From an uncultured bacterium (lineage in GTDB: Bacteria > Eisenbacteria > RBG-16-71-46): a DNA stretch of 35,468 bases. The stretch covers positions 3,627 to 39,094 of the forward strand of contig CAYHRW010000002.1 in assembly GCA_964359105.1 (NCBI GenBank), given 5' to 3'. Within the stretch, counting starts at the first letter, position 1, and each line of letters begins with the position of its first letter. The position numbers and the translations under genes were made by a program. The notes under the pieces were generated by a model, which worked only from the letters and a program-made list of their open reading frames with translations, was not told the DNA's origin and did not search any database. Below, in pieces: positions 35,437-35,468 of the stretch.

Positions 35437-35468
35437 CGCGACCACGGCGGCCGGAGCGGCCCGGGCGG

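Overview
Very GC-rich window (about 70% or more by eye) from a diderm bacterium; a secretin, a TonB-dependent receptor and TonB are all present. It is almost fully coding, and most genes are on the minus strand, often joined by 4-nt ATGA/GTGA start/stop overlaps. Left to right: ftsY 5' fragment; smc; selA; a compact Tad/Flp type IVc pilus locus (flp-cpaA-tadE-cpaB-cpaC-tadG-tadZ-tadA-tadB-tadC plus a trailing micro-ORF, transcribed right to left). A 545-nt divergent control region follows. Then come a plus-strand, translationally coupled trio (TonB-dependent receptor, COG2984/PF04392-type periplasmic binding protein, hybrid HAMP-GAF histidine kinase); a convergent livKHMGF-type ABC importer; and a plus-strand lipoprotein amidase (one active and one degenerate Amidase_3 domain) plus a TonB-C protein. 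Last is a long minus-strand housekeeping run: tRNA-Gln, prs, rplY, pth, rpsF, ssb, rpsR, a DUF2232-like membrane protein, rplI, a parvulin PPIase and a DUF151 nuclease. I saw no CRISPR array, transposase, integrase, toxin-antitoxin pair or recognisable defence gene. The best candidate for an uncharacterised system is the receptor/binding-protein/hybrid-kinase module placed divergently to the Tad operon. Smaller novelties are two short genes missing from the ORF track (a 58-aa Flp pilin and a 32-aa membrane micro-protein), a sigma-54-like promoter in front of flp, a pseudo-amidase domain, an SSB without the acidic tip, and repeated hairpin elements in the prs and rplY leaders. All product calls rest on motif recognition by eye and on synteny; no database search was run. 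The many 100-1300 aa ORFs antisense to these genes are judged to be high-GC shadow frames.
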